A DNA stretch of 64,000 nt from a virus. Position numbers and translations under genes: made by a program. Shown here piece after piece: positions 1-10,057 of the stretch. The stretch lies in the IMG/VR virus record IMGVR_UViG_3300050821_002122, positions 64,001-128,000 of that record, one strand, 5' to 3'. Numbering within the stretch: the first letter of the stretch is position 1; each line of letters opens with the position of its first letter. A model generated the notes under the pieces. The model was given only the letters and a program-made list of their open reading frames with translations, was not told the origin of the DNA and did no database searches.

Positions 1-2
1 AC

Positions 3-524
3 TTCACGTCGAAGGGTGGTGGCATTTGGCGTTGCGATAGCTACCAGAAAGCGAATGGTCAGGCAGTGGTATCAGGTGGGTCACCTTATGCTACGACTCA
101 AGAATTCGATGGCAGCGGTTCAGCGATTGCAGCACGCTTCAAGAATGCAATCGAGATAGCATCGATCATCGCAGCAGCACCTGCGGCCACCCAGAACTTC
201 TATGTGGCTAACGGTGCAGTGCAGTTCCATACAGTCAGCGCAACTGCTAACTGGATTTGGAACTTTGCATCTGATGCGTCGAACACATTGAACTCGGTGA
301 TGGCTGTGGGTGATAGCTTAACTGTCTGCGGTCTAACGACTCAAGGCACAACAGCTTTCTACCCCAACACATTGCGTATCGACGGCAGCACAGTAACCGC
401 AAAATGGCTGGGTGGTGCACCAACGAGTGGCAATGCAAGTGGAGTAGATATCTACACGTTTACCATCATTAAAACCGCTGCTGCCACGTTCTCCGTCTTT
501 GGATCAGTTTCGCAATTCAAGTAA
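3..524 (+). CDS. Tail fibre protein, C-terminal part (5' truncated by window edge)
   Basis: Frame is open from base 3 (FTSKGGGIWRCDSYQKANGQAVVSGGSP...) and aligns residue for residue with the C-terminus of the 1696-aa fibre (FTSLGGGNWRCDDYTKASGQALVGGGSP...YTFTIIKTAA). The GTG at 66 is internal. Confidence 0.85.
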   Translation, partial: FTSKGGGIWRCDSYQKANGQAVVSGGSPYATTQEFDGSGSAIAARFKNAIEIASIIAAAPAATQNFYVANGAVQFHTVSATANWIWNFASDASNTLNSVMAVGDSLTVCGLTTQGTTAFYPNTLRIDGSTVTAKWLGGAPTSGNASGVDIYTFTIIKTAAATFSVFGSVSQFK

Positions 525-542
525 TTTTATAGAGAGGTCCAT

Positions 543-1448
543 ATGACACTGATGGGCATGAGAGGTGCAATGTCTGTATCTGGGTTCGGCAGGTTCCCGC
601 ATAGTAGTGGGCCACCTGCCGGCAGCTTTGGGTTGTTTGCATCAGCGCAGACAACGCCAACAGCAAGGCAGACATCGGCATACAAATTCTCAACTGATAC
701 CGCATCTGCTGGCACGCAGTTGGCCACGCAGGTTGCTGTGTCCGGGGCTGGTGCTGGTAACGTCACGCAAGGCGTTATCTGTATCGGTAACACGTTAAAA
801 ACAACCAACGTCTATACGTATGCGTCGAATGCGGTAGTGGCAGGCGGGGCATTAGCGTCTGCGTTAAATACTGGCGCTGGTGCAGGTAACGATACAACCG
901 CTCTGTTTGTCAGCGGCAAGAATAATGGCAGTTCGGCATCCAATCTGACCAACATCTTCGACTATGCTAGTAGCACATCTGGTGCCGGTACTAACCTGGT
1001 TAATTCAACCCAGGTTCCAGCAGCGTGCGGCATCCTAGCATATGTCATTATTGCCACAGCAGCGGTTAATGGCTCTGCGTCAAAAACGACAAACAAGTAC
1101 ACCTACAGCAGTGGTGCAACGGCTGCCGCTACCGCGTTGGCCAATAACTATGCGTCTGGTAACGCCGTGTCGAATGCTAACGTGGGTGTGTTCTTCGGTC
1201 AAGCTACTGTTAGTTCTCGTTACGTATGGTCTGGGGAAACATCAGTCGCTGGTGCAACCATTCCTATTTCTATCTCATTCGGAGCATCAGTAGGCAACGA
1301 TACGACAGGGGTGGTAACAACTGGAAGCAATGTGCAGGCATATAAATACAACTACGCCGCAGACTCGTTTTCTGCAGGTGGAGTACTGCCACAAACCGTA
1401 GGTGCTGGTGCTGGTGCCTCGCAAGGTGTAACTGGCGTCAGTATGTAA
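543..1448 (+). CDS. Tail-fibre-associated repeat protein (paralog of 7272-8150)
   Basis: SD (gagagg) upstream; repeated TNxYTYxS..A..AL units; same position after a fibre gene as its paralog. Confidence 0.7.
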   Translation: MTLMGMRGAMSVSGFGRFPHSSGPPAGSFGLFASAQTTPTARQTSAYKFSTDTASAGTQLATQVAVSGAGAGNVTQGVICIGNTLKTTNVYTYASNAVVAGGALASALNTGAGAGNDTTALFVSGKNNGSSASNLTNIFDYASSTSGAGTNLVNSTQVPAACGILAYVIIATAAVNGSASKTTNKYTYSSGATAAATALANNYASGNAVSNANVGVFFGQATVSSRYVWSGETSVAGATIPISISFGASVGNDTTGVVTTGSNVQAYKYNYAADSFSAGGVLPQTVGAGAGASQGVTGVSM

Positions 1449-1474
1449 CCCTTCTCATAACAAAGGATTTAAAG

Positions 1475-2098
1475 ATGAACAGCAAGCCTCATCGTCAAAA
1501 CAGTGGTTTTCAACTTCGTTACTTTCTGGCTGGCGATTGCCACACATCGGATGGTGCCTATGTATTGATGTATGGTCAGAAGATCGACATCGAAACCAAG
1601 TTGCGGCATGCCGAAAGTCAACTGCTGCGTCGCCAAGGTAAGATCATGGCAGCACAAGAGATCATCGACACACCGGGCTTGAAACCATCGGAGTACCTGA
1701 TGGCAAAGGCAGACAAGTTAGAACAGGAAGCAGATGTACCCACATGGGAAATGAATCTGAAGGGCGCACATCAAGAACTCCAAGACATCGTAGAGATCAT
1801 GGAGGAGTTGAAACCGCAATGCAAGTATGCGGACCTTGATATATTGGAGCAATCAGAGGCTAGCCAGCAAGAAGAGTGGCTGCTGGAGCTGATGAACCGT
1901 GCGGAGAACTTTTTCTTGTCGGTGGGTTCGATACCGCATGACCATCTCCAGACGATGCGCTCTCACCCTGAGTTCAAAGAGAAGTTGGTTCCATACATCG
2001 CAGAAATTCACAAGAAACTGAGCATAGCAATGGGGCCCGCTGGCGGCGGTATGGTCCAAGCTCTGAGCAATGTAAGCAAGCCTTTACTGTTGGAATGA
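1475..2098 (+). CDS. Helical/coiled-coil protein in tail-fibre module, unknown function
   Basis: 207-aa ORF with aagga SD, tightly packed between fibre genes. Confidence 0.55.
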   Translation: MNSKPHRQNSGFQLRYFLAGDCHTSDGAYVLMYGQKIDIETKLRHAESQLLRRQGKIMAAQEIIDTPGLKPSEYLMAKADKLEQEADVPTWEMNLKGAHQELQDIVEIMEELKPQCKYADLDILEQSEASQQEEWLLELMNRAENFFLSVGSIPHDHLQTMRSHPEFKEKLVPYIAEIHKKLSIAMGPAGGGMVQALSNVSKPLLLE

Positions 2099-2120
2099 CC
2101 TTAACCTTGGAAACAATAAA

Positions 2121-5100
2121 ATGACTACTCCATCGCAATTCTACTATCCAGTAACAATGCACCGTGACGCGGCAGCAAGTGATACGCTGGCTCCTGTCGT
2201 CATGACTCTCCCACTCGTGCAGTCTGTGGAGGATTTGGTTATCATCTTGCTGAACAGCGTTGGTGAGCAGCCCCAAGGTCTCTACGTCTTCGATGGCATT
2301 CAGTGGCGGTTCGCTATGCCGATGCCAGCAGTAAGTGCTTCGATCATTTTCGCAAGTTCGCTGGACGTCTACATCAATGCAACGTTGGATGTTACGCTCG
2401 ATCCATCGACCATTGTGTACAAAAATGGTCAGCAACAACCTGGTGATGTAATCACTCATGGCAATGCTGTGTACGCTGTTCGCACTCCACCAGCAGGTGG
2501 TGGCGGTGGCGGTGCAGTTACTTCTGTCAATGGTCAGACCGGTACGGTAACTATCAATGCTGCGAATCTGCCAGGTTTGGCTGTCGTTGGTAAGACTGGC
2601 CAATACGCTGATCTGATCGGTGCCCCAGGCCCGTACACGTTGCCTGCGGCAACTACTTCCACGCTCGGTGGTGTGATCGTATCGCCATCAGGTAATCTGT
2701 CGGTCAACGGCAGTGGCACTGTGGACATCAGTTCGGCTCTCTTGGCTTCTATTGCTAGCAAGCTGAATAGCGCTGTTCCAATCGGTACCGGTACTACGCT
2801 CATCGACAGTGTAACCAGCGGTATCTTGACGCTGCGCACTATCACTGCAGGTAGTGGCATCTCGCTGGTGAACAGCAGTGGCACGATCACCGTGGCCTAC
2901 GTGCCTACCATTGCCACTGCAACTGCGCTAGGTAGCGTGATAGTACCTTCGTCGTCGAACTTGAGCGTTGACTCGATGGGTAACATCGACATCACTGGCG
3001 CTTTGATGACGACTATCGCGGGTAAACTGAACAATGTGGTCAACAGCGGTGGTGGAGTATCGGTCGTGCGTTCCTCGACTGGCGGCACTGGCACGTTCAA
3101 ATCGTTGGCCCAAGGCAGCAATATCACCATCGTCGATGACGGTGCTGGCACATTGACCATCGCATCCACGGCTGCTGGAGGCTCGGTAACGCTGACTGGC
3201 GATGTGACGGGTTCAGGTACATCCACCGTTGCAACCACATTGGCTGCATCTGGTGTAACTGCTGGTACCTATACCAAGGTCACGGTTGACGCTAAAGGTC
3301 GTGTTACTGTCGGCGCAGCACTGTCTGGTACTGATGTGAATACGGCACTAGGCTACACGCCATACAACGGTACAACCAACCCTAACGGATACATTGCCGC
3401 CAATCAAGCCATCACTGTCACTGGTGATGCAACAGGTTCTGGTACCACGGCAATCACTCTGACCCTGGCCGCCTCCGGCGTAACTGCTGGTACTTACACC
3501 AAAGTTACCGTGAATGCTAAAGGCTTGGTGACCGCAAGCTCTGCGCTGTCGGCTGGTGACATCAACACTGCGTTGGGCTACACTGCGTACAACGGTGGCA
3601 CCAATCCAAATGGCTTCATCGCAGCCAACCAGACTATCACTTTGAGCGGTGATGCTACCGGTAGCGGTTCGACTGCTATTACTGTAGCGCTTGCCAACAG
3701 CGGTGTATCGGCCGGCACTTACAAGTCGGTGACCGTCAACGCCAAAGGTCTCGTGACTGGTGGCACCAATCCTACGACCCTTGCTGGTTATGGTATCACC
3801 GATGCTTTGAGCAGCCTGACAGGCGGCAGTGTCGCTGGTAACATTACGATGACGAGTGGCGCAACTGTAACAGGTCTGCCTACACCTGTGAACCCATCGG
3901 ATGCTGCTAACAGGAGCTATGTAGATAACGCTATTGCTAGCGTGGCCTCTGGCACTTCATGGCGTAACAATGCGCAGGTCGCTTCGACTGGCAATCTGAC
4001 GCTGAGCGGTCTTCAGACCATCGACGGCTATACCACTTTGGCCAATGACCGCGTGCTAGTCAAAGACCAAACGAATCAAACAGAGAACGGTGTTTATGTC
4101 GCAGCATCCGGCGCGTGGACTCGTGCTACGGACACTGACACTGGTGCAGAAATCATTGGTATGGCCATCTTGGTCATCAATGGTACTGCGAATGCGCTGA
4201 GTCAATGGATCAACACGAACACTGGCAGTATTGTTGTCGGCACTACGAACATTACCTACACCAAATTGCAGGGTAACGGCACCATCTATACTGCTGGTAC
4301 TGGCCTGACACTGACTGGTCAAGTGTTCTCGATTACCAATACAGGCGTTACGGCTGGTACCTACACCAAGGTTACTGTCAACGCACAAGGTCAGGTAACG
4401 ACAGGCGCTGCTTTGGCCTCGTCGGATATTACTACTGCACTGGGCTTCACGCCTTACAATTCGACCAATCCGAGTGGCTATATCTCCGCTAACCAGACAA
4501 TTACGTACACTGGTGACGCCACAGGTTCGGGAACCACTGCTGTAACGTTGACTCTGGCCGCCTCAGGTGTTACGGCTAGCACGTATAACAACGTTACCGT
4601 CGATGCTAAAGGTCGTGTGACCAATGGTTCCAACGTTGCGTACCTGACGGCTAACCAAACCATCACGGTGTCTGGTGACGCGACGGCAAGTGGTTCGACC
4701 ACTCTAGCTCTGACTTTGGCTGCTTCCGGCGTAACTGCTGGTACGTACAAATCGGTCACCGTCAACGCTAAAGGTCTCGTAACGGCTGGCACCAACCCAA
4801 CTACGTTGGCCGGCTTCGGTATCACGGACGCGCTGTCGACCTCGGGTGGTTCGCTGACAGGCACCATCACTGTATCTGGTGGCGGTGCGATCACTGGTCT
4901 GCCTACCCCATCCGCAGCATCTGATGCATCGACCAAAGGTTATACGGACGGAGTCGGTACTGCGACCTACAACAGCGTTTCGTGGAAATTGATGGCAGCG
5001 GCTGCGACTACTGCAAACATCACGTTGAGCGGCTTGCAGGCAATCGACGGTTACACCACGTTAGCAGGTGATCGTGTACTGGTCAAGAATCAGACCACGC

Positions 5101-7211
5101 AAAGTGCTAATGGCCTGTACGCTGCGGCGGCTGGTGCGTGGACTCGCGTTGCTGACGCATCGACTGGTGCTAACATTCTGAACTCGATTGTGCTGGTTCT
5201 GAATGGCACTGTCAATGCGCTGACTCAGTGGGCTAATACCAACACAAGCACGATCACGGTTGGTACGACGGCAATCACTTACGGTCAGACGGCCGCAGCA
5301 GGTACTGCTTACACTGCGGGTACTGGCTTGACCCTGACGGGTGCGCAGTTCTCGATCACGAACACTGCGGTAACCCCCGGCACATACACCAAAGTAACGG
5401 TGAATGCGCAAGGCCAGGTAACGTTGGGTGCGTCGCTCGCTAGCGCAGATGTAACAGGCGCGTTGGGCTTCACACCGTATAATGCGACTAACCCTAGCGG
5501 CTACATCAGCGGTAACCAAACCATTACCTACACGGGTGATGCAACTGGTAGTGGTACGACGGCAGTGACGCTGACTCTGGCAGCAAGTGGCGTAACGGCG
5601 GGTACGTACAACAATGTTACCGTCAACGCGAAAGGTTTGGTGACCGGTGGCTCGAACATCGGATACCTGACAGCTAACCAAACGATCACGCTGAGTGGTG
5701 ACGTAACAGGTTCTGGTACTACTGCGATCACTGCTACTCTGGCAAACACCGCAGTGACTGCTGGTTCCTACGGCGATGCAACTCACGTTCCGACGTTCAC
5801 TGTCGATGCGAAAGGTCGCTTGACTGCGGCTGGTAGCGTCGCGATCTCGGCTGGCGTAAGCTCGGTATTCGGACAGACAGGTGCGGTGCCAAACTTGAGT
5901 GGTGACGTAACAACCTCAGGTTCCAGCGCAACGACACTGGCTGCATCTGGTGTTACGGCAGGTACCTATACCAAAGTCACTGTCAACGCGAAAGGTTTGG
6001 TAACGACTGGTGCAGCGCTGGCGTCGTCTGATGTTACGACGGCTCTGGGTTATACTCCGCTGAACAAAGCTGGTGACACCATGAGCGGTGCCTTCAACCA
6101 GGCTCCGACCGTCAACGTTGCGTCTGCTGCTACGACCCTAATCGGTGCTGCGGCTGCGAATGACATCAGCATCACTGGCTCGACGAATATCACAGCATTC
6201 GATACGGCTCCAGCTGGTGCGCTGCGTACTCTGCGCTTCATCAACGGTGGCATGACGATTACCAATAATGGTGCTACCTTGCTGTTGCCGACTGGCGCCA
6301 ATATCACAGTCGCAGCGAACGACCTCGCTGAGTTCTGCTCCAAAGGTAGTGGTGTGTGGGTCTGTAACTGGTACACCCGTGCTTCCGGTGCTGCGTTAGT
6401 AGCCTCCACGGATGCGACGAAGCTGTCGTTGTCCGGCGGTACGATGACCGGTGCCTTGAACAACGCAGCTACCGTAACGTTGGCCTCGGCAGCGACGCTG
6501 AACATTGGCGCTGCGGCTGCGAATGACATTTCAGTTACTGGTACCACCACTATCACTGCGTTCGACACCATTGCAGCAGGTGCTGTTCGCCGTCTGACAT
6601 TCACTGGTATCCTGACGTTGACCTACAATGCAACATCGCTGATTATCCCCGGCGCAGCTAGCGTAACGACGGCTGCTGGCGATACTGCTCAGTTCACGTC
6701 GCTGGGTGGTGGTAACTGGCGCTGCGATGACTACACGAAGGCAAGTGGCCAGGCCTTAGTGGGTGGTGGCAGCCCATTCTCCACTACGCAGGTATTCAAT
6801 GGTTCCACATCAGTGCAAGCCGCCAAATTCACGAACGTTGCTGAGTTGGTACTGGTTACTGCTGCTGTTCCATCGGCTACCTTCAACGTATCGGCTGGCG
6901 CTGTGCAGTTGTTCACGACTGCGGCAACCGCTAACTGGACGTTGAACTTCCAGTATTCGGCTGGTACCACGCTGAATGCAGCAATGGCTGTGGGTGATTC
7001 GATGACAGTGGCTCAGATCACCAATCAGGGCGCAACCGCATTCTTCCCAACGGCGTTCACGATTGATGGTACAACGGTAACTCCTCTGTGGCAAGGTGGT
7101 GTCGCTCCTGCGGCAGGTAATGCAAGTGGTCGCGATGTCTACACGTTCACGATCATCAAAACTGCGGCGTCGACTTACACCGTGTTGGCTGCACAGACCC
7201 AGTATAAATAA
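2121..7211 (+). CDS. Long tail fibre protein, 1696 aa, modular repeats
   Basis: G/T/A-rich; many SGVTAGTYTKVTVNAKG repeats; ~342-aa internal duplication (offset 1026 nt); two C-terminal ANDIS.TG.T.ITAFDT modules (offset 363 nt). Confidence 0.9.
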   Translation: MTTPSQFYYPVTMHRDAAASDTLAPVVMTLPLVQSVEDLVIILLNSVGEQPQGLYVFDGIQWRFAMPMPAVSASIIFASSLDVYINATLDVTLDPSTIVYKNGQQQPGDVITHGNAVYAVRTPPAGGGGGGAVTSVNGQTGTVTINAANLPGLAVVGKTGQYADLIGAPGPYTLPAATTSTLGGVIVSPSGNLSVNGSGTVDISSALLASIASKLNSAVPIGTGTTLIDSVTSGILTLRTITAGSGISLVNSSGTITVAYVPTIATATALGSVIVPSSSNLSVDSMGNIDITGALMTTIAGKLNNVVNSGGGVSVVRSSTGGTGTFKSLAQGSNITIVDDGAGTLTIASTAAGGSVTLTGDVTGSGTSTVATTLAASGVTAGTYTKVTVDAKGRVTVGAALSGTDVNTALGYTPYNGTTNPNGYIAANQAITVTGDATGSGTTAITLTLAASGVTAGTYTKVTVNAKGLVTASSALSAGDINTALGYTAYNGGTNPNGFIAANQTITLSGDATGSGSTAITVALANSGVSAGTYKSVTVNAKGLVTGGTNPTTLAGYGITDALSSLTGGSVAGNITMTSGATVTGLPTPVNPSDAANRSYVDNAIASVASGTSWRNNAQVASTGNLTLSGLQTIDGYTTLANDRVLVKDQTNQTENGVYVAASGAWTRATDTDTGAEIIGMAILVINGTANALSQWINTNTGSIVVGTTNITYTKLQGNGTIYTAGTGLTLTGQVFSITNTGVTAGTYTKVTVNAQGQVTTGAALASSDITTALGFTPYNSTNPSGYISANQTITYTGDATGSGTTAVTLTLAASGVTASTYNNVTVDAKGRVTNGSNVAYLTANQTITVSGDATASGSTTLALTLAASGVTAGTYKSVTVNAKGLVTAGTNPTTLAGFGITDALSTSGGSLTGTITVSGGGAITGLPTPSAASDASTKGYTDGVGTATYNSVSWKLMAAAATTANITLSGLQAIDGYTTLAGDRVLVKNQTTQSANGLYAAAAGAWTRVADASTGANILNSIVLVLNGTVNALTQWANTNTSTITVGTTAITYGQTAAAGTAYTAGTGLTLTGAQFSITNTAVTPGTYTKVTVNAQGQVTLGASLASADVTGALGFTPYNATNPSGYISGNQTITYTGDATGSGTTAVTLTLAASGVTAGTYNNVTVNAKGLVTGGSNIGYLTANQTITLSGDVTGSGTTAITATLANTAVTAGSYGDATHVPTFTVDAKGRLTAAGSVAISAGVSSVFGQTGAVPNLSGDVTTSGSSATTLAASGVTAGTYTKVTVNAKGLVTTGAALASSDVTTALGYTPLNKAGDTMSGAFNQAPTVNVASAATTLIGAAAANDISITGSTNITAFDTAPAGALRTLRFINGGMTITNNGATLLLPTGANITVAANDLAEFCSKGSGVWVCNWYTRASGAALVASTDATKLSLSGGTMTGALNNAATVTLASAATLNIGAAAANDISVTGTTTITAFDTIAAGAVRRLTFTGILTLTYNATSLIIPGAASVTTAAGDTAQFTSLGGGNWRCDDYTKASGQALVGGGSPFSTTQVFNGSTSVQAAKFTNVAELVLVTAAVPSATFNVSAGAVQLFTTAATANWTLNFQYSAGTTLNAAMAVGDSMTVAQITNQGATAFFPTAFTIDGTTVTPLWQGGVAPAAGNASGRDVYTFTIIKTAASTYTVLAAQTQYK

Positions 7212-7219
7212 TGGGTAAT

Positions 7220-7250
7220 GGGAGAAGGGTAGCAATATCCTTCTCCCTTT
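7220..7250 (+). terminator. Stem-loop, possible weak intrinsic terminator or processing site
   Basis: gggagaagg/ccttctccc 9-bp inverted repeat followed by a short T run, just after the fibre stop codon. Confidence 0.5.
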
Positions 7251-7271
7251 CACACAGAAAGAGAGTAAATT

Positions 7272-8150
7272 ATGCCAGTTATAGCAGCACGTGGGGCGTT
7301 CGCAGCCAGGGCATATGGTTCTTACGCTATCCCGACTTTAGTACAAGGTAGCCAGGGAGTATTTGCCTCATACTCCGGTTTCGCGCATGTGGTGAAATAT
7401 CTGTTTGGTAACGATGCCATAGCGTCCTCGACAGCAAGTTCAGCAGCGTCTAGTTACGGGGGTGCGATCAGTAACTACTCGGAAGGCATCTACGTGCTTG
7501 GTAATGGATCAGCCATTACCCGTAAATACACCTTTGCGTTTGATCGTATTATGGTGGGCGTATCGCTATCCAATGCACCAGGTGTTGGTTCTGGTTGTGG
7601 TAACTCGACTGGTGGTGTGTTCGCTATAGCCATACATGGTGTGCTGTCCAACAAATACACTTATGCTGGTGACGTAGTAGCTGCTGGTGGCTCATTCACT
7701 GCTGGTACGTACTATGGTGCCAGCGCTGGCACCTCAACATTCGGTATCTTCGCCCTTGGTAACACTACGACCACTACGAACGTCTACACATACAGTGGTG
7801 ACTCAGTGGCAGGAGGTACTGCGTTGACCACTGCCACCATCGCTGGTTGTGCTGTTGGCAACTCTACTGTGGGTGTATTCAGCATGGGTAACGCGCTGAC
7901 CACGACCAGTACTTACACTTACAGTGGTAGTACGGTTGCCGCTGGAACCGCACTTACAGCAGCCGCATCGTCAAACATGGCAGCCGGTAACGATACGGAA
8001 GGCATCATAGCCATCAGCAATTCCACAACAACCATGAATAAATATACGTATAGTGGCAACTCTGTGGCTACCGCAACTGCACTGTCTGTTGCACCCCCTA
8101 ACCAAAATGCCGCTGGTATGTCCAATGGTATAACTGGCGTCACCGCCTAA
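7272..8150 (+). CDS. Tail-fibre-associated repeat protein (paralog of 543-1448)
   Basis: Repeated (N/T)KYTYSG..VA.GTAL units; ends GITGVTA versus GVTGVSM in the paralog. Confidence 0.7.
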   Translation: MPVIAARGAFAARAYGSYAIPTLVQGSQGVFASYSGFAHVVKYLFGNDAIASSTASSAASSYGGAISNYSEGIYVLGNGSAITRKYTFAFDRIMVGVSLSNAPGVGSGCGNSTGGVFAIAIHGVLSNKYTYAGDVVAAGGSFTAGTYYGASAGTSTFGIFALGNTTTTTNVYTYSGDSVAGGTALTTATIAGCAVGNSTVGVFSMGNALTTTSTYTYSGSTVAAGTALTAAASSNMAAGNDTEGIIAISNSTTTMNKYTYSGNSVATATALSVAPPNQNAAGMSNGITGVTA

Positions 8151-8166
8151 TCAGAAAGGAAAGACA

Positions 8167-8733
8167 ATGACCACGTATTCCGCATTAGTGTATCCTCTGA
8201 CGCAACCAGGTCAACCGTATTCTCGCCCGGACACGCCACCGACGTTTGGTAACCTGTACGGAGTGTCGCCGACCTGGAATCCATATTCAGCGAACGATGT
8301 GGATCGTACAGAATATTGGGAGGACACTGCAGGCACGCTGACTGAATCGCAGGTTATTCTCATGCTGTTTGGCCTGACGGGTGTACAGAATCAACAGATC
8401 GAGATATTGACCCAAGCGTACCAGAATGCCATTATTCAGCCAGTAGCGTATACCAGTGTTGGGGGTGTGGCACAGACCTATCAGGCTGATCTGGCATCGC
8501 AGCAGAATGTGTTGTACTCGATTGCAGGCTCCGCTGCCACCCAGACCACTCCGCAAGGTTTTTATTGGGTTGCTGCTGATAATACGCAAGTGCCGTTCAC
8601 GTATGCCGATCTGCAAGGTTTGGCTGCTGCGATGTTGGCCCAAGGTGCTCCTGCGTTTGCACGTTTGCAGGCACGCAAGGCCTCGGTACGCAATGCGCAG
8701 AACGTGGACCAAGCCCGCATGATTGTCTGGTAA
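8167..8733 (+). CDS. DUF4376-like tail fibre assembly protein
   Basis: YQADLASQQN...FYWVAADNTQVPFTYADLQGL...IVW pattern typical of DUF4376; strong SD. Confidence 0.7.
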   Translation: MTTYSALVYPLTQPGQPYSRPDTPPTFGNLYGVSPTWNPYSANDVDRTEYWEDTAGTLTESQVILMLFGLTGVQNQQIEILTQAYQNAIIQPVAYTSVGGVAQTYQADLASQQNVLYSIAGSAATQTTPQGFYWVAADNTQVPFTYADLQGLAAAMLAQGAPAFARLQARKASVRNAQNVDQARMIVW

Positions 8734-8743
8734 AGGAACGATC

Positions 8744-8968
8744 ATGGATTTCGGAGATGAGGGACAAGAAATAACTGAGAACTTACGCGCTGACGCAATA
8801 GCAAAGGTAAGGAGTGAGGCAAGGACCAACAAGTTTCCGATTACCGGCACTTGCTACAATCCTTTATGTGGCGACGATTCGCCTGATCGACCATTCTGTA
8901 GTAAGGAATGTCGGGACGAGTATGATCGAGTCGAAGTCCTGAACAGGAGAAACGGCCATGGCCACTAA
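8744..8968 (+). CDS. DksA/TraR-like C4 zinc-finger protein
   Basis: MDFGDEGQE N-terminus plus C..C...FCSKEC; SD aagga favours ATG at 8744. Confidence 0.65.
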   Translation: MDFGDEGQEITENLRADAIAKVRSEARTNKFPITGTCYNPLCGDDSPDRPFCSKECRDEYDRVEVLNRRNGHGH

Positions 8969-9344
8969 TAATATTATCGGTACTCCGAGTCCACCCATGA
9001 GCCTTGGCTTGCAGTTGGGTGTTATGAAGGGGCGCAATCAGATACAGCGAAACATCGGTACGTTCAGCGCGTTGTACGAAGCAACAGGTAGCCGTATCGC
9101 GGCCGATTACGTGGAGCTAGGGCCTGGTCAGATATACCAGTCCAATGCGAATGAGCAGATAACACGCCTCGTTGTATCCACTAGCGGGTCGCTGGCATTC
9201 GTGGGATTCAAGGGCACAGCAGAGATTGATCTTACCGTCAGTCAAATGCTGGTCTTGGACGATACGTTGACCTCGTTCTCATTGGCGAATAACGGCACTG
9301 TCCTGATTCGCCTTGAAGTAGATTACGTAGCGGTACCGACGTAA
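8958..9344 (+). CDS. Hypothetical beta-rich protein
   Basis: 128-aa ORF overlapping upstream stop; last plus-strand gene before the terminator. Confidence 0.55.
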   Translation: MATNNIIGTPSPPMSLGLQLGVMKGRNQIQRNIGTFSALYEATGSRIAADYVELGPGQIYQSNANEQITRLVVSTSGSLAFVGFKGTAEIDLTVSQMLVLDDTLTSFSLANNGTVLIRLEVDYVAVPT

Positions 9345-9345
9345 G

Positions 9346-9380
9346 AAAGGGGACGATCATTCAAGATGATCGTCCCCTTT
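9346..9380. terminator. Bidirectional intrinsic terminator at the convergence point
   Basis: Perfect 15-bp inverted repeat aaaggggacgatcat/atgatcgtccccttt with 5-nt loop between convergent gene blocks. Confidence 0.85.
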
Positions 9381-9381
9381 G

Positions 9382-9639
9382 TCATACTCGCCTGAATTTC
9401 TCTGCGAAGTCGGACTCTGTAAAACTTCTGCAAATCCCACTAGGGTAGACTACTATCCAATCCCCTTCACTTATGACCTGAGTGGTTAGTCTGCGAAAGG
9501 TATTGGCCAATACTCCACGCTGTATGGATTTACCAAATACATGAGTTGACCAGACATTGCTTATCAGACCGCCGTAGGTTTCAATTCCATTCCAGCGCTC
9601 TGCCCAAACGTTGACTGGTACCGAAACGAACTGATCCAC
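9382..9639 (-). CDS. Hypothetical protein
   Basis: 85-aa ORF filling the gap in the minus-strand operon. Confidence 0.5.
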   Translation of the reverse strand: MDQFVSVPVNVWAERWNGIETYGGLISNVWSTHVFGKSIQRGVLANTFRRLTTQVISEGDWIVVYPSGICRSFTESDFAEKFRRV

Positions 9640-9649
9640 GGCTTAGCCC

Positions 9650-9937
9650 TTATTGCGGCAGCTGAACGATGTGGATGCCAGTCGTAACGCCACCAACAAC
9701 GGTCACGTCTTGCGTGTCCGTCAGGCTGCCTGAAGTGGCGGTAACTTGCAGCGTGCCGGCCATGGAGCCGGTGATCACTGCGGTTTTGCCATCAGCCGAT
9801 GGAACGATGGTTGCCTTGGTGGCATCCGATACCGTCCAGGTTACTGCGCCCGGCAGTTCGCCGGTTGGGTTGCCAGCAGCATCTGCGTCCAGAGTCAGAC
9901 CCAGGGTAACTGCTACGCCGGAAGTGAGGTTGATCAT
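9650..9937 (-). CDS. Single Ig-like (Big-type) domain protein
   Basis: VTWTVSDATKATIVPSADGKTAVITG...GTLQVTATSG pattern; aaagga SD before ATG at 9937. Confidence 0.7.
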   Translation of the reverse strand: MINLTSGVAVTLGLTLDADAAGNPTGELPGAVTWTVSDATKATIVPSADGKTAVITGSMAGTLQVTATSGSLTDTQDVTVVGGVTTGIHIVQLPQ

Positions 9938-10057
9938 TTTGATTCCTTTGAAGAGAAGACCAGGCGCTTTATAGACAATATGCAATGGGCCGCCCTTACA
10001 CCCAGTACATAATATGTGGCTAAGCCACATAAAGAGATTACAGAACATGATGTTTCC

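Noticed and set aside
3-8150. Diversity-generating retroelement acting on fibre tips
   Set aside because: No reverse transcriptase in the window; paralogous copies differ at all base types, not only at adenines
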